This document shows, piece by piece, positions 38,624 to 47,743 of a DNA stretch of 64,000 bases. Position 1 is the first letter of the stretch. Each line of letters starts with the position of its first letter. A program made the position numbers and the translations under genes. The notes under the pieces are model-generated. The model did no database searches, had not been told where the DNA came from, and saw only the letters and a program-made list of their open reading frames with translations. This stretch comes from Bdellovibrionales bacterium (lineage in GTDB: Bacteria; Bdellovibrionota; Bdellovibrionia; Bdellovibrionales; UBA1609). The stretch covers positions 1,411,536-1,475,535 of the forward strand of contig JADJNU010000001.1 in the NCBI GenBank assembly GCA_016714165.1. Reading direction: 5' to 3'.

Positions 38624-38671
38624 GGCCCCACCATTGGCCCCACCATAGGCCCTACCATTGGCCTTACCATT
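38624..38671. repeat. tandem 12-mer array (GGCCCCACCATT)x4 with stepwise point variants; overlaps stop codon of 38664-39557 gene and lies upstream of 37178-38494 gene
   Basis: ggccccaccatt ggccccaccata ggccctaccatt ggccttaccatt. Confidence 0.85.
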
Positions 38672-39557
38672 CAAGCAGCCACTTCTGGTAGGTCCCAGGC
38701 TCAGAGATCGACTCGATCATAAGTACCTGGTCTCGCGTTTCACCGTGGGGATGACAAACAATGTACACCCGCTTTCCATATCTTTCCAAGATGAGTTCAA
38801 AACTATTGCGAGGAATCCAATATGGCAGCTTTCCCTCGACCTGAATGGACTTCATAGAGACAGTAACAGTGTATGTAAGATGCTCGCTACCATCTATATT
38901 AATAATAACCTTATAGCGGCGCTTATACCGGGCAACTTCGCGTCTTTCTATCGTTTCTTGGTTGTCGACCTCGATCAATGACCCGACTTCAGTGCTTTCA
39001 GGAAATTCAAAAATATTTTCCCCAGGTATTTCAACTTTTCGCTCCCTTAAAATCGCCTCATTTTGAAAAGTGCCTGCCTCATCTTCTTTGTCTTCCAAAG
39101 TGTCGACTTGCGCCACAACTGTCTCCAAGGCTAAGGCCTCTTCATCCCCCTCACTCCCCTCTAGAGTTATCACTTGTTCACCATCCTCAGGATTTTCGAC
39201 ACTGCTCTCTTGATATCCTGGTGGCTTAGGGGGCACCACAGATTCTCGCGCTTTAGAAAGAGGTCGCATGGCGATAGCACAATCCGAAAGGGGAATCCAA
39301 TCTTTGAACCCGCTTCGCCAGATCCAATACCCCGCGAGAGCCTCGGGTGCCATGATCTTGACAAAAGCACGGATCTGTAAAAGACTGAGTTCCTTGGTCA
39401 GACGCCTGATCGGAAGATAATACAGACACCATTCTCGATCATGAATCTCCTCCAACAACGGCCTCCTTTTTACTCTTAGTTGAAACCATACAATATATTC
39501 TGAGATACGATAGCACAAGGACCAAGCCCATCGCATACAAACGCACAAAAATGACAT
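38664..39557 (-). CDS. hypothetical protein with N-terminal domain paralogous to 47036-47725 and degenerate PilZ-like C-terminus
   Basis: N-terminal W/LY-rich segment similar to the PilZ protein at 47036-47725; C-terminal RYKRRYKVIINIDGSEH resembles PilZ RxxxR region but DxSxGG not intact. Confidence 0.45.
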   Translation of the reverse strand: MSFLCVCMRWAWSLCYRISEYIVWFQLRVKRRPLLEEIHDREWCLYYLPIRRLTKELSLLQIRAFVKIMAPEALAGYWIWRSGFKDWIPLSDCAIAMRPLSKARESVVPPKPPGYQESSVENPEDGEQVITLEGSEGDEEALALETVVAQVDTLEDKEDEAGTFQNEAILRERKVEIPGENIFEFPESTEVGSLIEVDNQETIERREVARYKRRYKVIINIDGSEHLTYTVTVSMKSIQVEGKLPYWIPRNSFELILERYGKRVYIVCHPHGETRDQVLMIESISEPGTYQKWLLEW

Positions 39558-39716
39558 GAGGCCTTTAGAATCTTCTCACGGGGAACAAAATAGGGTCATG
39601 TTTCCATTTCTAGAATCCCTGCGGCGTGGCGTTGATTTGCAAGCATTAAGGGGTTGGTCGCCAATTGTGAAAGTGTTATTGTGGCTCGCCTTGGCAAACT
39701 TACCTACGGAGTCAAA

Positions 39717-40619
39717 ATGAAATCACTGTGCGTTGCTATTGTTTTTATCCTGGTCATTTTCAATTCCGCATGGTCGGAAACGGTTTTTGTCGAACCGCTG
39801 GTAGGTTCGGGAGTAAGCGAAAGTGACCTGAAAACCATGAGTGAGCTTGTGCGAGTCTCCGCCTCTGAAATGGAGAACTATGAAGTCGTCGACACAGATC
39901 AGAATGGTGCTCAGATTACCTTAAAGGGAAAGGTTTTGAAGCTGGGAGAGTCGTACATCATCTCGCTGATGAAATACGTCAATGGACAAAAGGTTTTTGC
40001 CAGCAAAATGAAGGCAACTAACATGGAAGACATCGATAACGTGTCGTCGCGTCTTGTGCGTGCCGTCCTCACCGACGTACGCGTCGAGAAAGATGCCCGA
40101 GTCAGCGATCTCACTCAGACTGAGGCCAATGCGGGAACCCTGCGGAGAGAAGCCTTGAGACAGTGGGAAATTGGTTTCGGCCCCGCATTCCCAAGCGGGC
40201 TCAACTCGAGGGGAAGCGGAACCAACTGGCGATTTGGCTATGTTTGGGGAATTGATCCCCAAGTTGATTTGCGCTTTGGATGGGAATTTCTCAGCGTCAA
40301 AGACTATGGAGACGTCAACTATACAGATGCTCATATCGGACTCAATTATTATCTCAAAGACACAAATATCTCGCCCTACATAACTGGGGACGTCGGATAT
40401 GGTGCGACAACTGCTCATCGAGATAACAACAACGCTTTTTTTGGCTCCAGTGACGACGCTTCGGGTTTCGTTCTCGGAATAGGAGGAGGAATCAAGTTTT
40501 TTCGAATCAGCAACGTCAACCTGGGCCTTCAACTTCGCTACTCACGGATTCTTGAAAAAACTAAACTCACCAAAGAAAGTCCCAGCGTGACAAACTTGAA
40601 TCTTTCTGTTTATTTCTAG
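39717..40619 (+). CDS. predicted outer-membrane beta-barrel protein, hypothetical
   Basis: Signal peptide MKSLCVAIVFILVIFNSAWS; alternating amphipathic strands; C-terminal ...LNLSVYF (terminal Phe). Confidence 0.5.
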   Translation: MKSLCVAIVFILVIFNSAWSETVFVEPLVGSGVSESDLKTMSELVRVSASEMENYEVVDTDQNGAQITLKGKVLKLGESYIISLMKYVNGQKVFASKMKATNMEDIDNVSSRLVRAVLTDVRVEKDARVSDLTQTEANAGTLRREALRQWEIGFGPAFPSGLNSRGSGTNWRFGYVWGIDPQVDLRFGWEFLSVKDYGDVNYTDAHIGLNYYLKDTNISPYITGDVGYGATTAHRDNNNAFFGSSDDASGFVLGIGGGIKFFRISNVNLGLQLRYSRILEKTKLTKESPSVTNLNLSVYF

Positions 40620-40665
40620 CTCCCAAGCCTATTGAAACTCTCTTTTGAACCGGAGGGACTCCTAC

Positions 40666-41616
40666 ATGTTGTTTGATAACGTTCTTGAAGCTATTGGACG
40701 AACCCCTTTGGTTCGACTCAATCGAATCACTTCATACTTAAAGTGCAATGTTTACGCAAAACTTGAATTTTTGAATCCTGGCGGATCGGTGAAAGATCGC
40801 ATTGGATATCAGATGGTTCTCGACGCTGAAAAAAGCGGTAGAATAAAACCTGGGGATACGCTGATTGAAGCCACGAGTGGCAACACAGGCATCGGCATTG
40901 CCTTGGCAGGAGCTGTCAGGGGCTATAAGGTCATCATCACACTCCCTGAAAAAATGAGTCATGAGAAGGTTGTCACCCTGGCCGTATTGGGCGCAAAAAT
41001 CATTCGTACCCCATCTCAGGCGGCTTCCGACGCACCTGAAAGTCACATAGGGGTCGCCAAGAAGTTGCAAAAAGAGATTCCGAACTCTCATATTCTTGAC
41101 CAATACTCAAATCCCTCTAATTTTAATGCTCATTATCACGGTACTGCTCAAGAAATTCTCGATGATCTAAACGGTCAAGTGGACATGGTTGTCATGACAG
41201 CTGGAACGGGCGGCACAATCACGGGAGTTGCTAAGCGGCTGAAAGAGGCAAATCCAAATGTGAAGATCGTTGGCGTGGATCCCGTGGGTTCAATTCTGGC
41301 AGGCCCCGGCGAGCTCAAACCCTATTTGATCGAGGGCATTGGCTACGATTTCGTTCCCGAGGTCTTGCATCGTGAACTCGTTGATCTCTGGGTAAAATCA
41401 GAGGACAAGCCCTCGTTCCAATTGGCGCGTCGCTTGATTTGCGAGGAAGGTATCCTCTGCGGGGGATCCAGTGGGGCCGCTATGTTTGGAGTCTTGAAGG
41501 CGAGTGAATCCCTCAAAGAAAATCAAAATTGCGTTGTCATTATACCCGACGGTATCAGAAACTACATGACCAAATTCGTTGATGATAAGTGGATGAGGGA
41601 GCACGCTTTTCAGTAA
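40666..41616 (+). CDS. PLP-dependent cysteine synthase / cystathionine beta-synthase family protein
   Basis: PLP-lysine motif GGSVKDRIG; TSGNTGIG; PEKMSHEK characteristic of CBS-like subgroup; start at ATG 40666 after GGAGGG. Confidence 0.85.
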   Translation: MLFDNVLEAIGRTPLVRLNRITSYLKCNVYAKLEFLNPGGSVKDRIGYQMVLDAEKSGRIKPGDTLIEATSGNTGIGIALAGAVRGYKVIITLPEKMSHEKVVTLAVLGAKIIRTPSQAASDAPESHIGVAKKLQKEIPNSHILDQYSNPSNFNAHYHGTAQEILDDLNGQVDMVVMTAGTGGTITGVAKRLKEANPNVKIVGVDPVGSILAGPGELKPYLIEGIGYDFVPEVLHRELVDLWVKSEDKPSFQLARRLICEEGILCGGSSGAAMFGVLKASESLKENQNCVVIIPDGIRNYMTKFVDDKWMREHAFQ

Positions 41617-41664
41617 ACACGTGCAAAGCCTCATCCATCTTTTCCAAGACAATTATTGTCGTGC

Positions 41665-43395
41665 TTATTTTGCGACCAATAATTTTAGCTGCTCTAAGAT
41701 TTTCTTTTTGTATGGCGCAAAACCATTCTTCATATCCTCAGCCGTCAGGGGATATTTCACGTCAGGTGTGACCCCCAGATTTTCGATTGGATTCAGGTCA
41801 ACCCTTTCAGCAATGGATCCTGTGAATGAAAAACCGGCAACTCCCAAAAGATTGGGAAACTCAACCCCATTCACATAGCCTCCGGCCCCTGCCGTACGAA
41901 CGCCCAGTAGGGTCGCACGGTGATTGTCTTGTAAAATAGCTGGAAAAAAATCACCTCCGGAAAAGTCAAATTCATTGATCAAGACAAGTATTGGCTTTGT
42001 GTAACTTCCTTCGGGATGAGGCATAATTTTGTCTATGCCCAAATAAAATGGTGAGCTCAAATGCACTCCCTGATTCCACTGCTCCACAATAAATTGCATG
42101 TATTCCTTAAAAAATTGGGAGAGCTGATAAGAAACGGGATATCCCCCTATGCTTGCTCCTAATACTTTTTTTGCTTCTTCTTCGTTTGATACTTTTTCGA
42201 GGCTCTTCAGGGTTTCCAGCGCATTTGCAACATCGGCTTGAGTAATGATCATTCGGTGCTTTGGAGTCAGCATCGGTTTGTTGGTCAGCATCGCCACCAA
42301 ACTGTAAAGATAAAATACGGATCCACCAGGATTATTCAATTGGTCGATGACCATGGCATCTGTGCTTTCCTCCATCCGTTTAACGATGGATAGAAATTCC
42401 TTCACTTCATCATCTCCAGCCATGTATGAGGGAATGCGGACGTACCCGTAAATCCCCCCGCCCTCTGCTCTAAAGATGTAGGCGTGGAATTTATTTTCCT
42501 TTTCTGTCTGCCAAAATATCTGACCCAAAGAAGGAACAAAACTCTGCTTGGCTCCCAACATATGCGGATTTGTCTGATTCAAACTTTTTGAGGATCCGAG
42601 TCCCTTCAAAAAGGCGGGCACCATCTGCCAGCTGGCAAGAGAATGGGTTCCGCTAGGAGTCTCAAGGTTTTGAGAGTCCTGTGCTAAACTATTGTATTTG
42701 ATTTTCTCTTCCTGATACTCCCAGGTCAGTTGATGAATGAGAGTCTGTACTTTTCCATCTTTATTTCGTGTCACTTCGAGTTCGACAGGCCCACGTGGAA
42801 CCGCAATCCCTCTATTTGCCACGCGTCGGGTTAGGTACATCTCAGCAAGGACTTGGTCTGTTTCAAACACGTTTTGATCGATCTCTGTCAGGATTTGATT
42901 GCGTTCCTCGACAATCGGCTTGCCATTAAATCCCGTGATTTCATCCCCTACCAAAATGGGAAATGATTTCTCAGGAAGCTTATCTCGATCAATCCAAACG
43001 ATAAAAAACTTCCCCTCGGCCGAGCGAATTTCGATTGGCAATGTGGCCCTTTCAGAGGCGTGAAACGAAATGCCAACATGATAATCTCTGGTGCTACCAA
43101 CGAGTTTTCTTAAAATCCTTTGCGCACTCTTTATATTTAGATCGGAACCCAAACCAAGAACTGAAGCTCTCGCCTTATTCGCTTCATCCTCAATCCTCCA
43201 CCCACTTTGCTTTGCCTTCCAATCCCGAGGCGCATAAGAAGAACTAAAAACGTTCTCGATAAACTCGATCGTACTTAACGTCTGCTTTTGATATATAGAG
43301 TCGGCGTGAAGCGCCTGCGACAAAACTGCGCTTAAAAAGAAAATCCCGGCCCCTATCTTTGATTTCCCATTCTTGATTGCCATTTCCATTTGCAT
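41665..43395 (-). CDS. secreted S41-family peptidase (C-terminal processing/tail-specific protease-like)
   Basis: Signal peptide; S41 motif VIDQLNNPGGSVFY; PDZ-like central region. Confidence 0.7.
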   Translation of the reverse strand: MQMEMAIKNGKSKIGAGIFFLSAVLSQALHADSIYQKQTLSTIEFIENVFSSSYAPRDWKAKQSGWRIEDEANKARASVLGLGSDLNIKSAQRILRKLVGSTRDYHVGISFHASERATLPIEIRSAEGKFFIVWIDRDKLPEKSFPILVGDEITGFNGKPIVEERNQILTEIDQNVFETDQVLAEMYLTRRVANRGIAVPRGPVELEVTRNKDGKVQTLIHQLTWEYQEEKIKYNSLAQDSQNLETPSGTHSLASWQMVPAFLKGLGSSKSLNQTNPHMLGAKQSFVPSLGQIFWQTEKENKFHAYIFRAEGGGIYGYVRIPSYMAGDDEVKEFLSIVKRMEESTDAMVIDQLNNPGGSVFYLYSLVAMLTNKPMLTPKHRMIITQADVANALETLKSLEKVSNEEEAKKVLGASIGGYPVSYQLSQFFKEYMQFIVEQWNQGVHLSSPFYLGIDKIMPHPEGSYTKPILVLINEFDFSGGDFFPAILQDNHRATLLGVRTAGAGGYVNGVEFPNLLGVAGFSFTGSIAERVDLNPIENLGVTPDVKYPLTAEDMKNGFAPYKKKILEQLKLLVAK

Positions 43396-43546
43396 AACTC
43401 CCCCAGAAGATAGTTGTGTTTGTCTCGCGAAGAAACAGTCAAAGTCCCCTCAATGTTGGCTTCTCATTTAAAAAGAGACAAAAAGTGGAAGCACAAAATC
43501 CTTTTCACGCTCCCACACAAAAACCACATCGACCCAACTAGAATCA

Positions 43547-45202
43547 TCAAAACCCCGAACCCGTTGGCAAAAGAAATTCAATTCCCAGCGCCTTGTTGAC
43601 CGCTGCTTGAGCGTCAATTAACCCAGATCCATTTTGATTGGCATCGTTCGGAGATAGCGCTTGAGCTGTCGACACGATAATCTCACGCACCTGATCGGGA
43701 GTGAGAGCTTTGTTAACCCCTCTTATAAGAGCCGCCACGCCCGCAACATGAGGAGAAGCCATAGATGTTCCCGCCATCTTTTCGAAATCGCTGGATCGAG
43801 AATGAAGGCTAACCGAGATAGGACCCTTTGCAGCAAGTTCAAGACCAGCTTCCTGCGTGATAGATGCGACAGGAATAGCAACACTGACTCCATCCCCTAG
43901 GCTCGCACCCAGAACTCCGGGTTGATTGTTATAAATGATAACACCAGTCGCTCCTGCTTGGAGGGCATTTTTCACTTTGTCTACAAAAGTAATTTCACCT
44001 CTCAAAATCAAAGCGATTTTGCCTTGTACAGAGAGACCACTGTAGTCTTCTGGTTTTCCAAGTCCAACAGGAATAAGTTCTCCAACCAATGGATCCACCT
44101 GAACGGCGGCACCCTGCACGGGCAAACTGTCAATGCGAACCATCCCCTGTCCATCACCAAGATCCACCTTCAGATCAGTTGTGACTCCTGATCCGCGCGG
44201 GACACTAGAGACAACGTTTACCCCTGGCGCCATCACATCTAATTCAGGACCCCAATTTGAAAAATCGGCTTTCACCAAATTTTCGTCAACCGCACCCACC
44301 GCAATATTTGAATCATAGGCCGCAGGAAAGGAAACCTGACCAACTCCGTCGTTTCCGGACGCACAAACCACAACAACACCCGCAAGTTTTGCTGCCTCAT
44401 AAGCCCTCGCGCCAGCGGGCGAATCAAAAGGTCCGCCCAATGACAAGTTCATCACATCTACCTTTTCCTGTATGCCCCAGTTGATTCCACTCAAAATCGA
44501 TATTGACGAGCACCCCTTTTTTGAGCAAACACGAGCAGATAAAAGCTGAGCCTCGGGGGCCACTCCGACCAAACCAGTCACTTTGCCATCCGCTAAGATC
44601 GTGCCCGCAACATGAGTTCCGTGGGAAATATTATCGTAGTAATCGTAGGGAGGCTCTGGCTCATCAACGTCAGAAAAATTCTGCCCTTTTTCAAACCGAC
44701 TCGCAAGATCCGGATGGTCTCGATCTATTCCCGTGTCTAGAACTAACACTCTCGCTCCGCGGCCGGAATTAGCGCTGGTCCAAGCATCAGGTGCGCGAAT
44801 GGCCTTTATCCCCCATGGTACTTCCACATGCTCCATCAATCCCGCAGTCATCACTGACTGAGGAAGGCCCTTGGGCGCTGGAATAAAAAATTCTTCTTCG
44901 ATATCAGCAATTCCATGTTCGCCTTTGAGAGACACCAATGTCTGATCCGATTCGGACTCCACAACGACCATTTGGATTTTATCAAACAAGAGCTGAACAC
45001 GAGCGCCCGATTGAGAAAACATCTGAAGCGCCGGAGAGTTGACTGGAACACCCAGTTGGGCCAGTTTGAGAGACTGATAGGCCAGAGGCGAGTCTATAGT
45101 AACAACAAAACGTTTTGCCGCGAAAGAAGTGGCCATCCCCCAAACTGCAAAGACCAAAACAAACAAACCTCTTAAGCCCCATTTCAACGCCGGAAGTGCC
45201 AT
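43547..45202 (-). CDS. secreted subtilisin-family (S8) serine protease
   Basis: Catalytic motifs VLDTGID (Asp), HGTHVAGTI (His), GTSMASPHVAGVAAL (Ser); signal peptide MALPALKWGLRGLFVLVFAVWGMATSFA; start set at ATG 45202. Confidence 0.85.
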   Translation of the reverse strand: MALPALKWGLRGLFVLVFAVWGMATSFAAKRFVVTIDSPLAYQSLKLAQLGVPVNSPALQMFSQSGARVQLLFDKIQMVVVESESDQTLVSLKGEHGIADIEEEFFIPAPKGLPQSVMTAGLMEHVEVPWGIKAIRAPDAWTSANSGRGARVLVLDTGIDRDHPDLASRFEKGQNFSDVDEPEPPYDYYDNISHGTHVAGTILADGKVTGLVGVAPEAQLLSARVCSKKGCSSISILSGINWGIQEKVDVMNLSLGGPFDSPAGARAYEAAKLAGVVVVCASGNDGVGQVSFPAAYDSNIAVGAVDENLVKADFSNWGPELDVMAPGVNVVSSVPRGSGVTTDLKVDLGDGQGMVRIDSLPVQGAAVQVDPLVGELIPVGLGKPEDYSGLSVQGKIALILRGEITFVDKVKNALQAGATGVIIYNNQPGVLGASLGDGVSVAIPVASITQEAGLELAAKGPISVSLHSRSSDFEKMAGTSMASPHVAGVAALIRGVNKALTPDQVREIIVSTAQALSPNDANQNGSGLIDAQAAVNKALGIEFLLPTGSGF

Positions 45203-45205
45203 AAT

Positions 45206-45221
45206 CCCCCCCCCTTTTTTT
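45206..45221. repeat. homopolymeric C9 (45206-45214) + T7 tract = G9 A7 on minus strand forming the RBS 3 nt upstream of subtilisin start
   Basis: Direct reading ataat ccccccccc ttttttt. Confidence 0.9.
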
Positions 45222-45417
45222 AGAACTCGACCAACGGCCAGAATTCTTTGGTAATGAAAAATATTTATATAAGGATATATATTTTGCAAGAGATTTGGTT
45301 CCAAACTGGAACTTATTTTTTTATATCTGGTATCAAACAGTTTGTTGGATTCTTGAGATGGTCCGCCAGCGCGAAGAATTGTATTTCCGTTAATGATTCG
45401 ATGGCTTGAAAAGCCTT

Positions 45418-46185
45418 TTAGCCACCATCTACATCCAATTCCAATTTGGAAATCTGAACCAAATACTCTGATTTCGTATCATCGCCGTCAGAGGACAACC
45501 ACAAGGCCAACACCTCCTTGATCTCGGAAAACCGATGGTCCAACGCAAAATCACCGTCTTCAGGGAGGCGCCACAAAACTCTTTCTTCAATGAGGTCGCT
45601 GACTGGGTGTTTGCGATTTCTACCCAGAGAGCTGGCGATTTGAGTTGCCTTGAGAAAATAGATCTTGTCAATGCCTACCTCAGGAGGCGCAAGCTCATAG
45701 AGTTTAACAATCCAGTCCGCTGCCAACATTTTCTGGATAGGATTCAGCCTCTTTTGTCCTTTTAAGACAAATCCCACACGAACCTGATAATCGTCAGCCA
45801 ACTGATCGCCCTGAGCAGTTCCTTTGGGAATATTAAGATGACCAGTCACCCGTCCCAAAATCCTCACTCCACGGACCTTTTGAACCTTCGGCAATGGATA
45901 AATCACCGGACTTGCAGACTGGCTGACTTTCATCTCAAGGCCGGAAGCGCTGAACATAACTTTGTTGCTAACAAGCTTTCGATATTTCAAAACCTGCCAG
46001 GCACCCTGCTCATTCAAAGGAATCATGAAACTAGCAAACAAAAAAAATGATGCAGCCAATGAACCGGCTTCAGACTTGGCACATTCACTTTTAATATCAA
46101 TCACATCACTTATTTTGCCTCTAAGACGAGTATCCTTGGCACGAATTCTTGCCTTAAAAAGACTAAAAATTGAAAATGGAAACAA
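45418..46185 (-). CDS. hypothetical protein (255 aa)
   Basis: ORF only; hydrophobic segment near N-terminus; no assignable motif. Confidence 0.4.
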   Translation of the reverse strand: MFPFSIFSLFKARIRAKDTRLRGKISDVIDIKSECAKSEAGSLAASFFLFASFMIPLNEQGAWQVLKYRKLVSNKVMFSASGLEMKVSQSASPVIYPLPKVQKVRGVRILGRVTGHLNIPKGTAQGDQLADDYQVRVGFVLKGQKRLNPIQKMLAADWIVKLYELAPPEVGIDKIYFLKATQIASSLGRNRKHPVSDLIEERVLWRLPEDGDFALDHRFSEIKEVLALWLSSDGDDTKSEYLVQISKLELDVDGG

Positions 46186-46221
46186 AGAATACCACCCTTT
46201 TAATTTGATGACAGGACTTCG

Positions 46222-46995
46222 GTGACTTCATATTCTAACTGCGGGGAGACCACAATGACAAGATGGTGGAACAAAACTGGAGGAATCGGCTACCACTACT
46301 TAGCCCTGCGATTTCGGCATAATCTTTGGCAGGAATATCTGAATTTTATCGAAGAATTTTTATTTTCAATTCAGTGGCTTTCATCAAACAAACCTAAGAA
46401 ACTTTTACTGCTTGGTCCCAGCGCTGGGTACACGCTCCCAACCCTTTGGCTAAAGGAATTTACTGAGATCCTCGCTATCGACTTCGATCCCCTTGCACCG
46501 TTTCTATTTAAACGAATTCACGGTCCATTGCCCATTCTTTGGACAAGGGAAAACTTTTTTTCTGACTCCTCCGATGCCTGGAGAATTGATCGATTGCTTC
46601 GCCTTCGTCAGTCTTTTCCCGACCATCTCTGGTTTTTTACAAATTTAATTGGACAGCTACCGCTCACTCTGAAAAAAATGAGTCTCCATGAAGAAGACCA
46701 ATGGTTTCATTGGCAACAGGATTGGCATCAGGTACTTCTCGAACGAAGCTGGGTTTCTCTCCACGATATTTTTTCAGTTCCTTTTGGGATCCGGTCAATC
46801 ACTCCTTTTTCTCAAACATGGCAGACTGCAAGCAAAGAGGAATTGCTTCAGAATATTTTCAAAAAAAATGAAAAAGCAGTTGTAACGGACCATCTCACTC
46901 ACGGACTACTCCCGCTTCACACAAGAAAGGAACTCGCGCTCTGGCGAATTCAACCTCATCAAACCCAAATAATCGAAGCTGTAACAAATGTCTGA
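46222..46995 (+). CDS. hypothetical protein (257 aa)
   Basis: ORF only; no assignable motif. Confidence 0.4.
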   Translation: MTSYSNCGETTMTRWWNKTGGIGYHYLALRFRHNLWQEYLNFIEEFLFSIQWLSSNKPKKLLLLGPSAGYTLPTLWLKEFTEILAIDFDPLAPFLFKRIHGPLPILWTRENFFSDSSDAWRIDRLLRLRQSFPDHLWFFTNLIGQLPLTLKKMSLHEEDQWFHWQQDWHQVLLERSWVSLHDIFSVPFGIRSITPFSQTWQTASKEELLQNIFKKNEKAVVTDHLTHGLLPLHTRKELALWRIQPHQTQIIEAVTNV

Positions 46996-47035
46996 GAGAA
47001 ATGAGAGGCAATTCAAAAGTAATAGGAATCAAGCA

Positions 47036-47725
47036 TCAAGCGACTGATAACCAAGCATGAAGACGTGATTGATCCGCCCTTTTTTTCAGAGGGGAAAGAG
47101 CGACTCGAAAGCGCTTCTGCGGAAGCTGATTTTCTACAATAGAGCAGGTCAACTGAACCGACTCGCCATTTCTCGGTTTGATAATGGTGATAGTGCAATA
47201 CCCAAACACCCAATCGGGCAAAGGATCGATGAGCAACAGACCGCCTACAGAGACATCAACAGAGGTTGTTTCAAATTTTTTCCGGTTGCATTCTATCAAG
47301 ATTTTATAGCTGCGTTTGATTCGCTGATGTGCACGCTGAACAAATTCGGCACCCTCAGATTCGACTGGTAAATCCGGTATCTCACCAATGGCTACCACCT
47401 CGGCGTTAGTTGAAATCTCCTCCGCGACATCATTGCCCTGGTACAGTCTTTTAATCTCAATAATACTCTGATCTTCACGATACTCTTCCGGAATCTCCGG
47501 AGGCGGCTGTTTCATCGAGCGCAAGGAAATCTTTAGAAGCTCTGGCAAAGTCGTGACTACCTTCCAATGCGCCCAATCCTCACGCCACACCAACCAATGC
47601 ATGCGATCTGGGATTGGCAATCGAGACATCAGAATCCGCACCTCATCCCGAACGAGTCCCTCCAAAAGCTCCTCGCTCTCTGTATTGTAGAGACACCACA
47701 AATATTTTGAATCCTCATTAACCAA
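47036..47725 (-). CDS. PilZ-domain protein (c-di-GMP effector candidate) with N-terminal domain paralogous to 38664-39557
   Basis: PilZ motifs QRAHQRIKR (RxxxR) and VDVSVGGLLL (DxSxGG). Confidence 0.65.
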   Translation of the reverse strand: MVNEDSKYLWCLYNTESEELLEGLVRDEVRILMSRLPIPDRMHWLVWREDWAHWKVVTTLPELLKISLRSMKQPPPEIPEEYREDQSIIEIKRLYQGNDVAEEISTNAEVVAIGEIPDLPVESEGAEFVQRAHQRIKRSYKILIECNRKKFETTSVDVSVGGLLLIDPLPDWVFGYCTITIIKPRNGESVQLTCSIVENQLPQKRFRVALSPLKKRADQSRLHAWLSVA

Positions 47726-47743
47726 ATGCTCTCCTTAGAACAC

